Below are positions 49,914 to 59,460 of a stretch of 64,000 nt of DNA, piece after piece. Location of the stretch: the IMG/VR virus record IMGVR_UViG_3300034062_007329, positions 14,787 to 78,786 of that record. One strand, written 5' to 3'. The stretch is from a virus. Within the stretch, counting starts at the first letter, position 1, and each line of letters opens with the position of its first letter. The translations under genes were made by a program, and so were the position numbers. The notes under the pieces were generated by a model. The model did not search any database. It was not told the DNA's origin and saw only the letters and a program-made list of their open reading frames with translations.

Positions 49914-52160
49914 ATGGTAAAAAATTTATTAAATGAGGGCGGGGCGGCTGGTCATATGAACCATTTATATGACAATGGAGAACTCACTTTTGCAAAAATT
50001 AAAGAAATATTTACAGCGGCGGCTAATGGAAAATTAGTGGGTACCGAAAAAACAGACGGACAGAATCTTATGGTTTCCTTCTCTGTAGAAGATGGAAGAG
50101 CAAAAGGGGTGAGAAACAAATCAGAAATTAAAGGTGGAGGTCTAACGCCAGAACAATTAGCCGAAAAATTTGCGGATAGACCAAACCCAGCACTAAAAGA
50201 TACATTTACTGATGCTTTAAAAATTTTTGAAAAAGCAGTCCAAGACTTAGATCATAAAACACAAATAGAATTATTTGGTCCAGATACAAGCATTTATTAC
50301 AATGCAGAAGTTATGGACCCAAGAACGCCAAACGTAATTAATTACGATGTGAAATCTCTTGTAATACATCGCGTCGGTCACGCGCAGTTCGACAGAGCTA
50401 CTGGAAAACCAGTAGCAAATTCTGAATTGACAGAAAAGGCTTTAAAATTAGAAAAAATAATAAACGCAGCTCAAGAAAAAATAAAAGATGAAAATTATGG
50501 TTTACAAGTTAATGCTATAAAAACGCTTGAAGCATTAACAAATAAAGAACCTTTGCAAAAAGCAATTATTTCAATAGATAGAATTTTGAGTGCTACAAAT
50601 TATTCTGGTAAAAAAATTCTTAATGATGATTCAACTATTGATGATTTTATGTTAGCGAGAGTAAAAATTTTAGTTAATTCTATTTTAAATAAAGGAGAAT
50701 ACCAAATTGGCTCAATAAAGCCAATAATTAGTTTAAATATAGCAAAAAAAATTTTAGGAATTAGTGATTTAAAATTACCGCAAATTTATAAAGATTTAAC
50801 TCCAAAAGAAAAAGAATATGTTAAAAGTACGATATTTAACGGAGAGACCCCATCGGAAATTTTAAAGAGAGCCATAGCGCCCTTAGAAGATATCGTGTCA
50901 GACTTCGCTTCAGAGATGCTGAAAGGACTGCAAAGCGCCTTTGTTTTAGACAATTCTAAAGAAGTTAAAAGGCTGCAAGCAGAAATTAATACAGCAATTA
51001 ATGCTATAAAATCTTCTGGTAATGAAGAAGCGATGGCTATCTTAAAACGTCAAATGGAAAAACTAAAAAATGCAGAAAAAATAACAGCAGCAGCGGAAGG
51101 ATTTGTTTTTGATTACGATGGCGTCACTTATAAATTTACTGGTAATTTTGCACCAGCAAACCAAATTTTAGGATTATTTAAGTATGGCAGAGGAAACGTT
51201 CCTGCGATGAAAAAAGAGATAACAGAAGTCGCTAAGGAAAAACAAAAAACAGCTGTCAACAATTCGGTAAAAAGAGTAATTGCTGTTTATGCTGGCAGAT
51301 TCCAGCCAATGGGAAGGCATCATGTTGAGGTTTTTAAATCTGCTCAACAAGAATTTGGAGAAGAAAATACATACGTGGTAACTTCAGATATTGTAAAATT
51401 GCCAAAAAGTCCTCTAAATTTTTCAGAGAAAAAATCAATAATGGTGCAGCAAGATATACCAGCAGATAAAATAATAGAAGAAAATAATCCCTACAAGCCA
51501 ACAAATTTTTTAAAGCAATTCGATCAAGCTACCACAGCCGTTGTTTATATAATTGGGCAAAAAGATATGGTTGGCGAAGATGGAAAAGCGCCAAGATTTA
51601 AAGTAACTGATAATAATAATTATGAGACTAATAAAGGAGCTATGAGACCATTGCAAGAGGGGCAGAGCGCTTACTATGTATACGTAGCGCCTCATGTCAT
51701 CAGCTCAGTCTCAGTCAGCGACGAAAAAGGAAAAAAACAAAATATCAAGTTTGACTCTGGGACGCAAATAAGAAAATTAATTGCTCAAGGAGATAAAAAT
51801 ATCTTTAAGGCAATTTTAGGTGTCTATAACAAAAATTTGTATAATTTTTTGGTTAATAAATTTAGAGAATCAGAAGCCTATGTAGAACCAGAGGGTAAAA
51901 AAAATAAAAAATCAGTAACAGAAACCTACATACATGGTATGATTGAACAGCTATTAACTGAGCACATAAGAAAAAAAGGAAATAAATATTGTTTATTGTC
52001 TAAGAAAGAAAATAAAAATTTAGGATGCTATAAAACAAAATCCGCCGCTAAGGAAAGAGAAAGACAAGTTCAGTACTTTAAGCGCCTAAAAGAAATGTCG
52101 ACAGCCGCATCAGTAGTTGGATATGTGGTTAAAAATATAGACAAAAAAGAGGAAAATTAG
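49914..52160 (+). CDS. Large phage protein: ligase-like N-terminal domain plus cytidylyltransferase-like domain
   Basis: AAGHM.H, TEKTDG, EGFVF..YKFTG.FAP.NQ; GRFQPMGRHH HxGH-like motif. Confidence 0.7.
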   Translation: MVKNLLNEGGAAGHMNHLYDNGELTFAKIKEIFTAAANGKLVGTEKTDGQNLMVSFSVEDGRAKGVRNKSEIKGGGLTPEQLAEKFADRPNPALKDTFTDALKIFEKAVQDLDHKTQIELFGPDTSIYYNAEVMDPRTPNVINYDVKSLVIHRVGHAQFDRATGKPVANSELTEKALKLEKIINAAQEKIKDENYGLQVNAIKTLEALTNKEPLQKAIISIDRILSATNYSGKKILNDDSTIDDFMLARVKILVNSILNKGEYQIGSIKPIISLNIAKKILGISDLKLPQIYKDLTPKEKEYVKSTIFNGETPSEILKRAIAPLEDIVSDFASEMLKGLQSAFVLDNSKEVKRLQAEINTAINAIKSSGNEEAMAILKRQMEKLKNAEKITAAAEGFVFDYDGVTYKFTGNFAPANQILGLFKYGRGNVPAMKKEITEVAKEKQKTAVNNSVKRVIAVYAGRFQPMGRHHVEVFKSAQQEFGEENTYVVTSDIVKLPKSPLNFSEKKSIMVQQDIPADKIIEENNPYKPTNFLKQFDQATTAVVYIIGQKDMVGEDGKAPRFKVTDNNNYETNKGAMRPLQEGQSAYYVYVAPHVISSVSVSDEKGKKQNIKFDSGTQIRKLIAQGDKNIFKAILGVYNKNLYNFLVNKFRESEAYVEPEGKKNKKSVTETYIHGMIEQLLTEHIRKKGNKYCLLSKKENKNLGCYKTKSAAKERERQVQYFKRLKEMSTAASVVGYVVKNIDKKEEN

Positions 52161-53274
52161 ATGGATGATTTAAGTGTATTACGTGAATACGTAAGAAATG
52201 TTTTGCGACAAACAAAAAAAATTCAAAAAAAAGAATTTTTACAAGAACGTTTAGAAGAAAATAGATTAAGAAAAATGATTCGCAAACTTATTCGCGAAGC
52301 AGAAGACGTAGTTACTCATGAATCAACTGGTATAAATGTCTTGGCAGATCTTTTAGAAACGATCATTCCTATTCTTAAGTCTTATTATAAAAAACTTGGC
52401 ACAGATATACAGCAAAGAAAAAGCTTTAGAGCACATATAATTAAAAGTGTAGAAAATATGCTTACTCCTATTTCCATGATGTTTAAGGCAGGAGGACATG
52501 CTGGGAAGCCGATAACAGTCAGCAAAGAAAAACCAGAGCAAAGCCCAGACGAAGAATTAGAAGAAAAAATTGAAGTAAAGATAGACGGTCCAGAAGCTGA
52601 TCCATCTTTTATTCCACTTAAAGCAGATAGAAAAGAGAAAGAAGAGTCAGAAAAAGAAAAAGAATCAAATGCCGAACCTAAGCCAGAAGACGCTTTCGTA
52701 GAGATAGAAGGCGAAGATGAAACTGGTAGAAATATTGCTCTTCAAGCTTTTAAGAGAGTAGAGAAACAAATAAGAGAAGCTTATTCTATTCTTGCTAATG
52801 AAGAAGATAGAGATTTATTTTATAAGTATTTAATTACAAACTTGAAACTTTATTTTGATAAATTCGAAGACGAATTGCAGACTACGGTGCCAGAGCCAAC
52901 GACTCCTGAATACGAAGAGGAAAAGAAGAACAAGGAGCAAATGAATGGTAACCAAGAGGCAGAAGTAGGCGCACAATTAGAACCAGAAAAAGAAACGGAG
53001 GAGATATAAAATGAACGCTCATAGACGTAAAAAAATAGCAAAATTACTTGCATCAAAACAAGAAAAAACAGTAGAGAAAAAAGAACAAGAAAAAAGTTTG
53101 CCATTAGGTCTCAAGGAAATTTCTGAAATCTCGGAAGAGGCTGTAGCATTAGAAGTAATAGAAAAAAAACAAGAAGTGTCTGTAGAAGTAGAAGAAAAAG
53201 CAGAGCAAGCTGTTGTTGAATTTGAACCTACCGAAGCAGAAAAGACTTCTTCAAAAAAGAAGAAAAAGGTTTAA
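52161..53274 (+). CDS. Two charged hypothetical proteins (52161-53009, 53011-53274)
   Basis: Coupled ORFs. Confidence 0.65.
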
Positions 53275-53304
53275 CTAAATAAAAACTTGTGATAGATTGT
53301 CTTT

Positions 53305-53637
53305 ATGAGCACATATAAAGAGATCGGTACGCAAGTTGGTGAATTAGTAGACCAAAAAAATGCTGCATATGGCAGCTCTTTTGCTGAATGTCACAAGATC
53401 TTGAGCGTTCTATATCCGAATGGGATTCAACCCAATCAATATACGGACGCTCTTGCTATTATAAGAGTTATTGATAAACTTTTCCGTATAGCAAACAAAA
53501 AAGACGCTTTTGATGAATCACCGTGGCGTGATATTGCAGGTTATGCTCTTTTAGGATTACATAATGACCAAGAAGAATACTACAATAAATCGCTACTCTC
53601 TCTCCAAGATATTAAGAGAAAAAAAGAAGAGCAATGA
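53305..53637 (+). CDS. Nucleotide-modification-associated all-alpha protein (DUF1599-like)
   Basis: KNAAYGSSF, R..DKL.RI, W.DIAGY. Confidence 0.65.
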   Translation: MSTYKEIGTQVGELVDQKNAAYGSSFAECHKILSVLYPNGIQPNQYTDALAIIRVIDKLFRIANKKDAFDESPWRDIAGYALLGLHNDQEEYYNKSLLSLQDIKRKKEEQ

Positions 53638-53920
53638 ATATTTTGAGACCTTGTTAGCAAATCTAACAATGGAAGAAGTTATTGGTCTTAAATTAGAACT
53701 TGCCTTATCAAAAAATCCTACATCGCTATTATGCCTTCCTGTTTGGAAGTCAACTCCTAAATTTGTTCGTGATGCCATGTTTAAAGCAGCTCTTGGCATT
53801 GCTGGAACAAAAAAAGGAGCTATGCGTATTTTAGGAATGAACGCAAGAGTTTTTAATAACTACTTAAGTAAGTTAGATATTTTAAGCTATTATAAGGAGA
53901 AGGGAGATGAAATTAACTGA
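53564..53920 (+). CDS. Hypothetical protein with possible C-terminal Fis-like HTH
   Basis: AL......K.A.RILG. Confidence 0.45.
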   Translation: MTKKNTTINRYSLSKILREKKKSNEYFETLLANLTMEEVIGLKLELALSKNPTSLLCLPVWKSTPKFVRDAMFKAALGIAGTKKGAMRILGMNARVFNNYLSKLDILSYYKEKGDEIN

Positions 53921-54485
53921 GCAAGAATTAAAACAAATATTTCCAAAAGCTCCAATAGATAAATTAAAATTGTATGCGCCAATTTTATTAAATACATGTA
54001 GCCAAATGGGATTTGATACTCCAAAACGAATCGCTGCCCTATTAGGACAAATTGCTGTCGAGAGTGGAGAATTAAAATACGATAAAGAGCTACCAAGTAA
54101 ATGGAATAAAAAAAACCCAAACGATCCAAATGAACCAGTTGGGACGCTTTATGAAGGACGTAAAAATTTAGGAAATATTAAAACTGGTGATGGACCAAGA
54201 TATATTGGTAGAGGTTTATTGCAACTAACTGGACGCGCCAATTATTTTGATTATGGTAAAAAAATTGCCGTGGATTTAGTGAACAATCCAGACCTCGCCT
54301 GCGATCCAACGATATCAGTTAAAATTGCTTGTCAATATTTTATAGATCGTAAATTAATTGAAGCTGCTGATAAATGGGATCTTGCAACAATAACAAAACG
54401 AGTAAATGGAAGCGCTATGTTACATCACGACAAAAGAGTAGCCTATTCAGAAAAAGCTTTGAAAGTTTTAGAAGGAAGCGTTTAA
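53907..54485 (+). CDS. GH19 family endolysin
   Basis: AALLGQ..VES, YEGR.NLGN...GDG.RY.GRG.LQLTGRANY, ITKRVNG. Confidence 0.93.
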   Translation: MKLTEQELKQIFPKAPIDKLKLYAPILLNTCSQMGFDTPKRIAALLGQIAVESGELKYDKELPSKWNKKNPNDPNEPVGTLYEGRKNLGNIKTGDGPRYIGRGLLQLTGRANYFDYGKKIAVDLVNNPDLACDPTISVKIACQYFIDRKLIEAADKWDLATITKRVNGSAMLHHDKRVAYSEKALKVLEGSV

Positions 54486-54555
54486 AAAACTTAACTCCAC
54501 CAAATAATGCCACAGACCGCTTGACAACAAGGGGCGTCTGTGGCATACTTGTTTC

Positions 54556-54910
54556 TACGAGCAAAATAATCGGGAGGTCGGATTAAGAGTGTCCATCCTT
54601 TAAAGAGTGCGGCGAAATCCACGGAGCGCGGCAATTTTCCGATAGGGACATTATGCGAAAGCGGATCTAAAAAGGCTAAGGATAATCCAACCCTGTTATA
54701 TAGATTATCTACGTTGAGTGTGAAAACGAGCTACGGCTCCACATAAATAGAATCCAAATGTCGATTGCCTTAATTGTGAATAAACCAAACGCTCTGTGGT
54801 TGGGGAATAGGAGAAATGTATCGGTGCAGCGGTCCAGAATAATGGAGTAACCGATAAAAAGGTGAAAGCTGCAATGCAATGGGATTCCGCTTTGGTGTAG
54901 CAACACACCT
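54556..54910 (+). ncRNA. Unassigned structured RNA of about 350 nt
   Basis: Own promoter (TTGACA 54521, CATACT 54544), no credible ORF, many stems and pseudoknots. Confidence 0.6.
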
Positions 54911-55267
54911 ATTATTTTGTTCTTTACAAGTTTATTCTGCTCTGGTAGAGTGTTCTTATAGCCGTCTGGAATGACGAAGGAGGGTCGTAAAATGGAAGAA
55001 ACAACAAAGCAAGTTCAAGGTGAACCTTGGAAAAACGAAAGCTATTTTGACTCATTTGAAGAAGCTGATGCTCTTCGTAAGTCATTACGAGCAAATGACA
55101 AAACTGGTACAACTCAATTCAAAGTAAAGCGTTGTGGTGTCGCTGGTACACAATACGTTGTAAAAAGTCGTGTAGACCCATCATTGAAAGCTGCTCTTGA
55201 AGAAATCGAAGAAAAGATGCTTCGTAAAAAGTCTGAAAAGAAGAGCAAGAAATAACAATGGTGACAT

Positions 55268-55867
55268 ATGAAAAATATGTATATTCTGGCAAGTAAGCCA
55301 ACGGCAGAAGAAAATGATAATGATGATAGCAACGAAGTGCAACAAATTAGCAACTCTATCTTTTTCTACACCGATGTCAATAAACAATCTATTCTTAATC
55401 TCAATCAAAAACTTAAAACGATTGGAGCAGATTTAAACGCCACAGCTATGGTTCTGGATATACCAGTTCCTGAACTAAAATTACATATCAATAGTAATGG
55501 CGGTAGTCTATTAGATGGTTTTGCTGCTGTAGACTATGTAAGAAATTGCAAAGCGCCCGTCCATTCTATTATTGAAGGTTCTGCTGCTTCTGCCGCAACC
55601 CTTATTTCAGTTGTTGCAAAGAAGAGGTCAATCAGCAAAAATTCATTCATGCTTATTCACCAACTTTCTGGTGGTATGTGGGGAAAGTTTGAAAGCATGA
55701 AAGATGATATGCAAAATTGCAATTTGTTCATGGATCGAATCAACGAGATTTATGGGCAATATACGAAAATTCCAAAAAATGTCTTAAAAGACATCTTAAA
55801 ACGTGATATATATATGGATGCTAAAACTTGTCTCAAGTATGGTCTTGTAGACAAAATTATTGAATAG
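55268..55867 (+). CDS. ClpP-like protease
   Basis: INSNGG, G.AASAA (Ser), LIHQ (His), RD.YM.A...YGLVD. Confidence 0.9.
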   Translation: MKNMYILASKPTAEENDNDDSNEVQQISNSIFFYTDVNKQSILNLNQKLKTIGADLNATAMVLDIPVPELKLHINSNGGSLLDGFAAVDYVRNCKAPVHSIIEGSAASAATLISVVAKKRSISKNSFMLIHQLSGGMWGKFESMKDDMQNCNLFMDRINEIYGQYTKIPKNVLKDILKRDIYMDAKTCLKYGLVDKIIE

Positions 55868-55876
55868 GAGAATAAT

Positions 55877-56128
55877 ATGAAGACACTAATCGCTGTAATT
55901 GCTCTATCAACCGCTGTTGCTTGTGGTAAGAAGGTTGAAGCCGTGCAAACCCCAACCACCGCTGTAGTTGAACCTGCTAAGGTAGAAGCTGTGTCAACCG
56001 AAGCTGTTAAGGTTGTTTCTGGTGTTCAATCACCAGTGGTTGTTGAAGTTGTTGATGGCGGATCAGTAACACCATCAGAAACTCCAGCTCCAGTTGTTCC
56101 AGCTCCACCAGCTTCACCAGTAAAGTAA
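55877..56128 (+). CDS. Small lipoprotein
   Basis: Lipobox-like AVAC after a signal peptide; Pro/Val-rich. Confidence 0.7.
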   Translation: MKTLIAVIALSTAVACGKKVEAVQTPTTAVVEPAKVEAVSTEAVKVVSGVQSPVVVEVVDGGSVTPSETPAPVVPAPPASPVK

Positions 56129-56178
56129 AATAAGTAAAGAGTTTTTGGTTGTTCTCTATAAAAACAACCTACTTATAT

Positions 56179-56253
56179 GCGGGTATAGCTCAATGGTAGA
56201 GCTTCTGCCTTCCAAGCAGAATGTTGCAAGTTCAAATCTTGTTGCCCGCTCCA
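56179..56253 (+). tRNA. tRNA-Gly(UCC)
   Basis: TCTGC-CTTCCAA-GCAGA, CCA. Confidence 0.95.
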
Positions 56254-56256
56254 AAC

Positions 56257-56811
56257 TTAGACGGCAGCCTTTTCGGGGGTTGCCGTTTTTGTTTTCCATT
56301 TTCCATCCTTACTTAAGAAATGCTCTTCCATATGACAAGTCGGACAAACAACTACTAAGTTTTCTATAGCGTTATTGTTCCTATTACGATCTTTATGGTG
56401 TACTTCTAAGATTTCAGAGTATTTATTATATCCGCATAATTCACAAATTTTTGGTTTTGTTCTAAATGTAATCTCTCGGTAGTGAGAATCTCCAGACCCA
56501 TAATGAGAAGGCTGTAGTTCTTTTAAACCAAATTCTATTCTTTGGGCTAAATCTTTATGTTCCCTGCAACAAAAATGTAAATTTTTTTTAGAGTTTTCTT
56601 TTTGCGAAGCATTTTTATAGAATATTTTCTTACAATATGAACACTCAATATTCGGAGCGTTTATTTTAGCACTGCGTTCCAGTAGTTTCTTTTTCACACC
56701 TTCAGCAGAACATTTCTTTGAACAATATTTTGCGTTGCCTCTATTTACTTCACGAAGCTGTGCTTCAAAATTTTCTTTACAAGTCTGACAAGCTTGTGTT
56801 ATAGTTTTCAT
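56257..56811 (-). mobile_element. HNH homing endonuclease with Zn-finger repeats
   Basis: CELC..LEVHHKD.NR.NN..ENL..VCPTCH..EH. Confidence 0.88.
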
Positions 56812-56825
56812 GTTGTCTCCATCGT

Positions 56826-56903
56826 GGGGCTTGGGATTGCATAGAGTGATCGCCTGCTTTGCAAGCAGGATTCAGCCGGGGGCGGTACCCGGAAGCTCCA
56901 CCA
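56826..56903 (+). tRNA. tRNA-Ala(UGC), atypical D and T loops
   Basis: CCTGC-TTTGCAA-GCAGG; G3:U70 in GGGGCTT/AAGCTCC; CCA. Confidence 0.85.
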
Positions 56904-57638
56904 AATATAAATAGTGTAGACCTTTTAATTTGCACCAAAAAAAGTGTTCTCCACCAATAAAGGTAGCCATATGAAATGTGAATGCTGCCACAAAGAAGGT
57001 TTTGTTTACGAAAGAAAAATCGTAGACGAAACCTTTCTTCTTTGTGAAGAATGCGATTGGTCACCAGAAGATATTGAAGTGGCAAACGCAGTTGGAACTT
57101 TTATGATGGACTTAATCATAAAGGATATAAAAAATGGAAAACACCAACCAAACTAATATGTTCGGTGGTCTTCTTATTGTCAAAGAAGTAATTGATAATC
57201 CTGATGGTTCTGCTACTGTAGTATTTGAAGCAGATAAGGATTTTCGTAAAGGTTTTAAAGAATACTTTGGTTTGAAGCGCTGGTCACAAAAACGTTTTGA
57301 TAAGTTTATGTGTGAAGCAATAGAAAGCTCAGTAAAATATTATAAGGATCAAGAAGCAAATGACCAACTTAAGAAGAATCAAGATTAAAAAAGAAAAGTT
57401 TCATTTCTTAAAAGATGTGCAACGTATACATCTAATTTTAGTTGAAAAAGGCTTTTTTTCTACGCTTGAAGAATGCGATGAGCTTTGGAGAATGTATTCT
57501 GAGGATCATTATTGCGCTGGTTGGGTTTCTATGCAAGGAAGCTCAGATCAAGAAATTTTTGATTGCATCCGTCCATATTTTGAGCCAATTGACAATTTCA
57601 GTCTTGACACAAAATTTATCTGATGGTATAGTTTCTGT

Positions 57639-58196
57639 ATGAACACAGACACCCGCAACATTTCAGACAAATACAAGCATGATCGTTTGACCAAGTGGAC
57701 AACAGAATTAATTAAAAAAGATCTTCAGCAAAAAGCTTTTCCGTATGCAGTTCTTATGGAAAACTTTGCTGGAGATTTTAATATTGGAACCGTGGTAAGA
57801 AACGCAAATGCGTTCAATGCCCGTTGTGTCTACTATTTAGGTAACAAGCACTATGATCGTAGAGGTACGGTGGGAACCCATCACTATACAGATGTAATTC
57901 GTTTAAAGGCGCGAGAAGAACTTATCAAACTCAAGGAGGAATACACGCTTGTTGGCGTTGAGAATAGCGTTAGCTCTGCTATCTCTCTGGATAAGTTTGA
58001 ATGGGATAGCAATACTCTACTTATCATTGGTGAAGAAGGCGTCGGAATCACATCAGAAACGCTTGAACTTTGTGATCGTTTTGTTTATATTCCTCAATTC
58101 GGTAGCGTCAGAAGTCTTAATGCTGGCGTGGCTTCTGGGATTGTTATGAATGATTTAGTGACAAAGATCGGAGCTAAAAGTGTTATCGCCACTTGA
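57639..58196 (+). CDS. SpoU/TrmH-family RNA methyltransferase
   Basis: N.G...R.A.AF, IIGEEG.GI, IPQ.G..RSLNAGVA. Confidence 0.9.
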   Translation: MNTDTRNISDKYKHDRLTKWTTELIKKDLQQKAFPYAVLMENFAGDFNIGTVVRNANAFNARCVYYLGNKHYDRRGTVGTHHYTDVIRLKAREELIKLKEEYTLVGVENSVSSAISLDKFEWDSNTLLIIGEEGVGITSETLELCDRFVYIPQFGSVRSLNAGVASGIVMNDLVTKIGAKSVIAT

Positions 58197-59460
58197 TGAT
58201 CGGTATTTTGAAAAAGTTCGTGAACTCCACGATTATTTTAGTGAAGACGCGCAACTAAAGTTTAAAACTGAAATTGAGATTGATTATTTTGTTGCTCTTT
58301 GCGAAGAACTTGACTTAGAGCTTTCAGAAGAAGATCATCATTGGATTACAGATCTTTATAAAGATATTCAACCAATACATATTAAAGTTATTGAAGAAAA
58401 AACAAAACACGATATTAAAGCTATTGAGTATTATTTACGTGAAAGATTTAAAAATTATGGTATTCCTCACGATCACATGATTCATTTTGGTTTGACATCA
58501 CAAGATATTAACAGCCTTGCAACAAGTATCGCTCTTGATCGCTTTAATCAAAGTGAAATGTCATACTATATGAATGAAATTATTAATGCTCTCCATTATT
58601 TCAGCGAAAGAAACAAATGCGTATTTCCTGCGCGTACTCATGGGCAATTAGCAGTTCCAACTCTTTTTGAAAAAGAAATGCAAGTGTTTATCTCCAGAAT
58701 TGACGCCATCTGGAATGAGACTACAGATTTTCATTTTAAAGCTAAATTTGGTGGAGCAGTTGGAAATTTAAGCGCTCACTATATTGCATACCCAAATCAT
58801 GACTGGAAAGATTTCATGGATAGATTCCTTAGAAGATATGATATTGATCCAGAGCCTTATACAACACAAGTTGCAAATAATAAAAGCATCAGCGAATATT
58901 TTGATCGTATTCGCATGACAAACAATATTTTGATTGATCTATGCCGTGATATCTGGATGTATAATTCTTATGGATACTTTAATCAAAAAGTTACAACGGA
59001 TGAAGTTGGTTCTTCAACGATGCCACAAAAAGTTAATCCAATCCGTTTTGAGAATGCAGAAGGCAACCTTGAATTAGCAAATTGTTTGTTATCTTTTATG
59101 TCTGACAAGTTACAAATCTCAAGAATGCAACGCGACCTTTCTGATACAACCATCGTAAGGAACATCGGCGTTGCCATCGGGCATTCAGTAGTAGCCTATA
59201 AATCGCTGCTAACGGGTCTACAAGCGCTTTCAATTAATCGGACGGCAGTTGATAGGGATCTTTCTAACAGAGGGCTTCTGGCAGAGGCTTATCAAATTAT
59301 CTTGAAGAAAGAAAATATTAAAGATGGGTACGAACTAATTAAAACGATGGAACGTGATGAGAAAAGCATTGATGATTTAAAAATCTCAGACGAGTTGAAA
59401 CAAAAACTAAAAGATGTTACAATATATCATTACGTCACCCACATAAGGGAAACCAATTAA
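58180..59460 (+). CDS. purB: Adenylosuccinate lyase
   Basis: LSPLD.RY, TKHDIKAIEY, HFGLTSQDIN, ARTHGQ, GSSTMPQKVNP..FENAEGN. Confidence 0.96.
   Translation: MLSPLDDRYFEKVRELHDYFSEDAQLKFKTEIEIDYFVALCEELDLELSEEDHHWITDLYKDIQPIHIKVIEEKTKHDIKAIEYYLRERFKNYGIPHDHMIHFGLTSQDINSLATSIALDRFNQSEMSYYMNEIINALHYFSERNKCVFPARTHGQLAVPTLFEKEMQVFISRIDAIWNETTDFHFKAKFGGAVGNLSAHYIAYPNHDWKDFMDRFLRRYDIDPEPYTTQVANNKSISEYFDRIRMTNNILIDLCRDIWMYNSYGYFNQKVTTDEVGSSTMPQKVNPIRFENAEGNLELANCLLSFMSDKLQISRMQRDLSDTTIVRNIGVAIGHSVVAYKSLLTGLQALSINRTAVDRDLSNRGLLAEAYQIILKKENIKDGYELIKTMERDEKSIDDLKISDELKQKLKDVTIYHYVTHIRETN

Noticed and set aside
54556-54910. RNase P RNA, tmRNA or group II intron
   Set aside because: The signature sequences (P4 GAGGAAAGUCC, tRNA-like ends with CCA, domain V) were not found; kept as an unassigned ncRNA.
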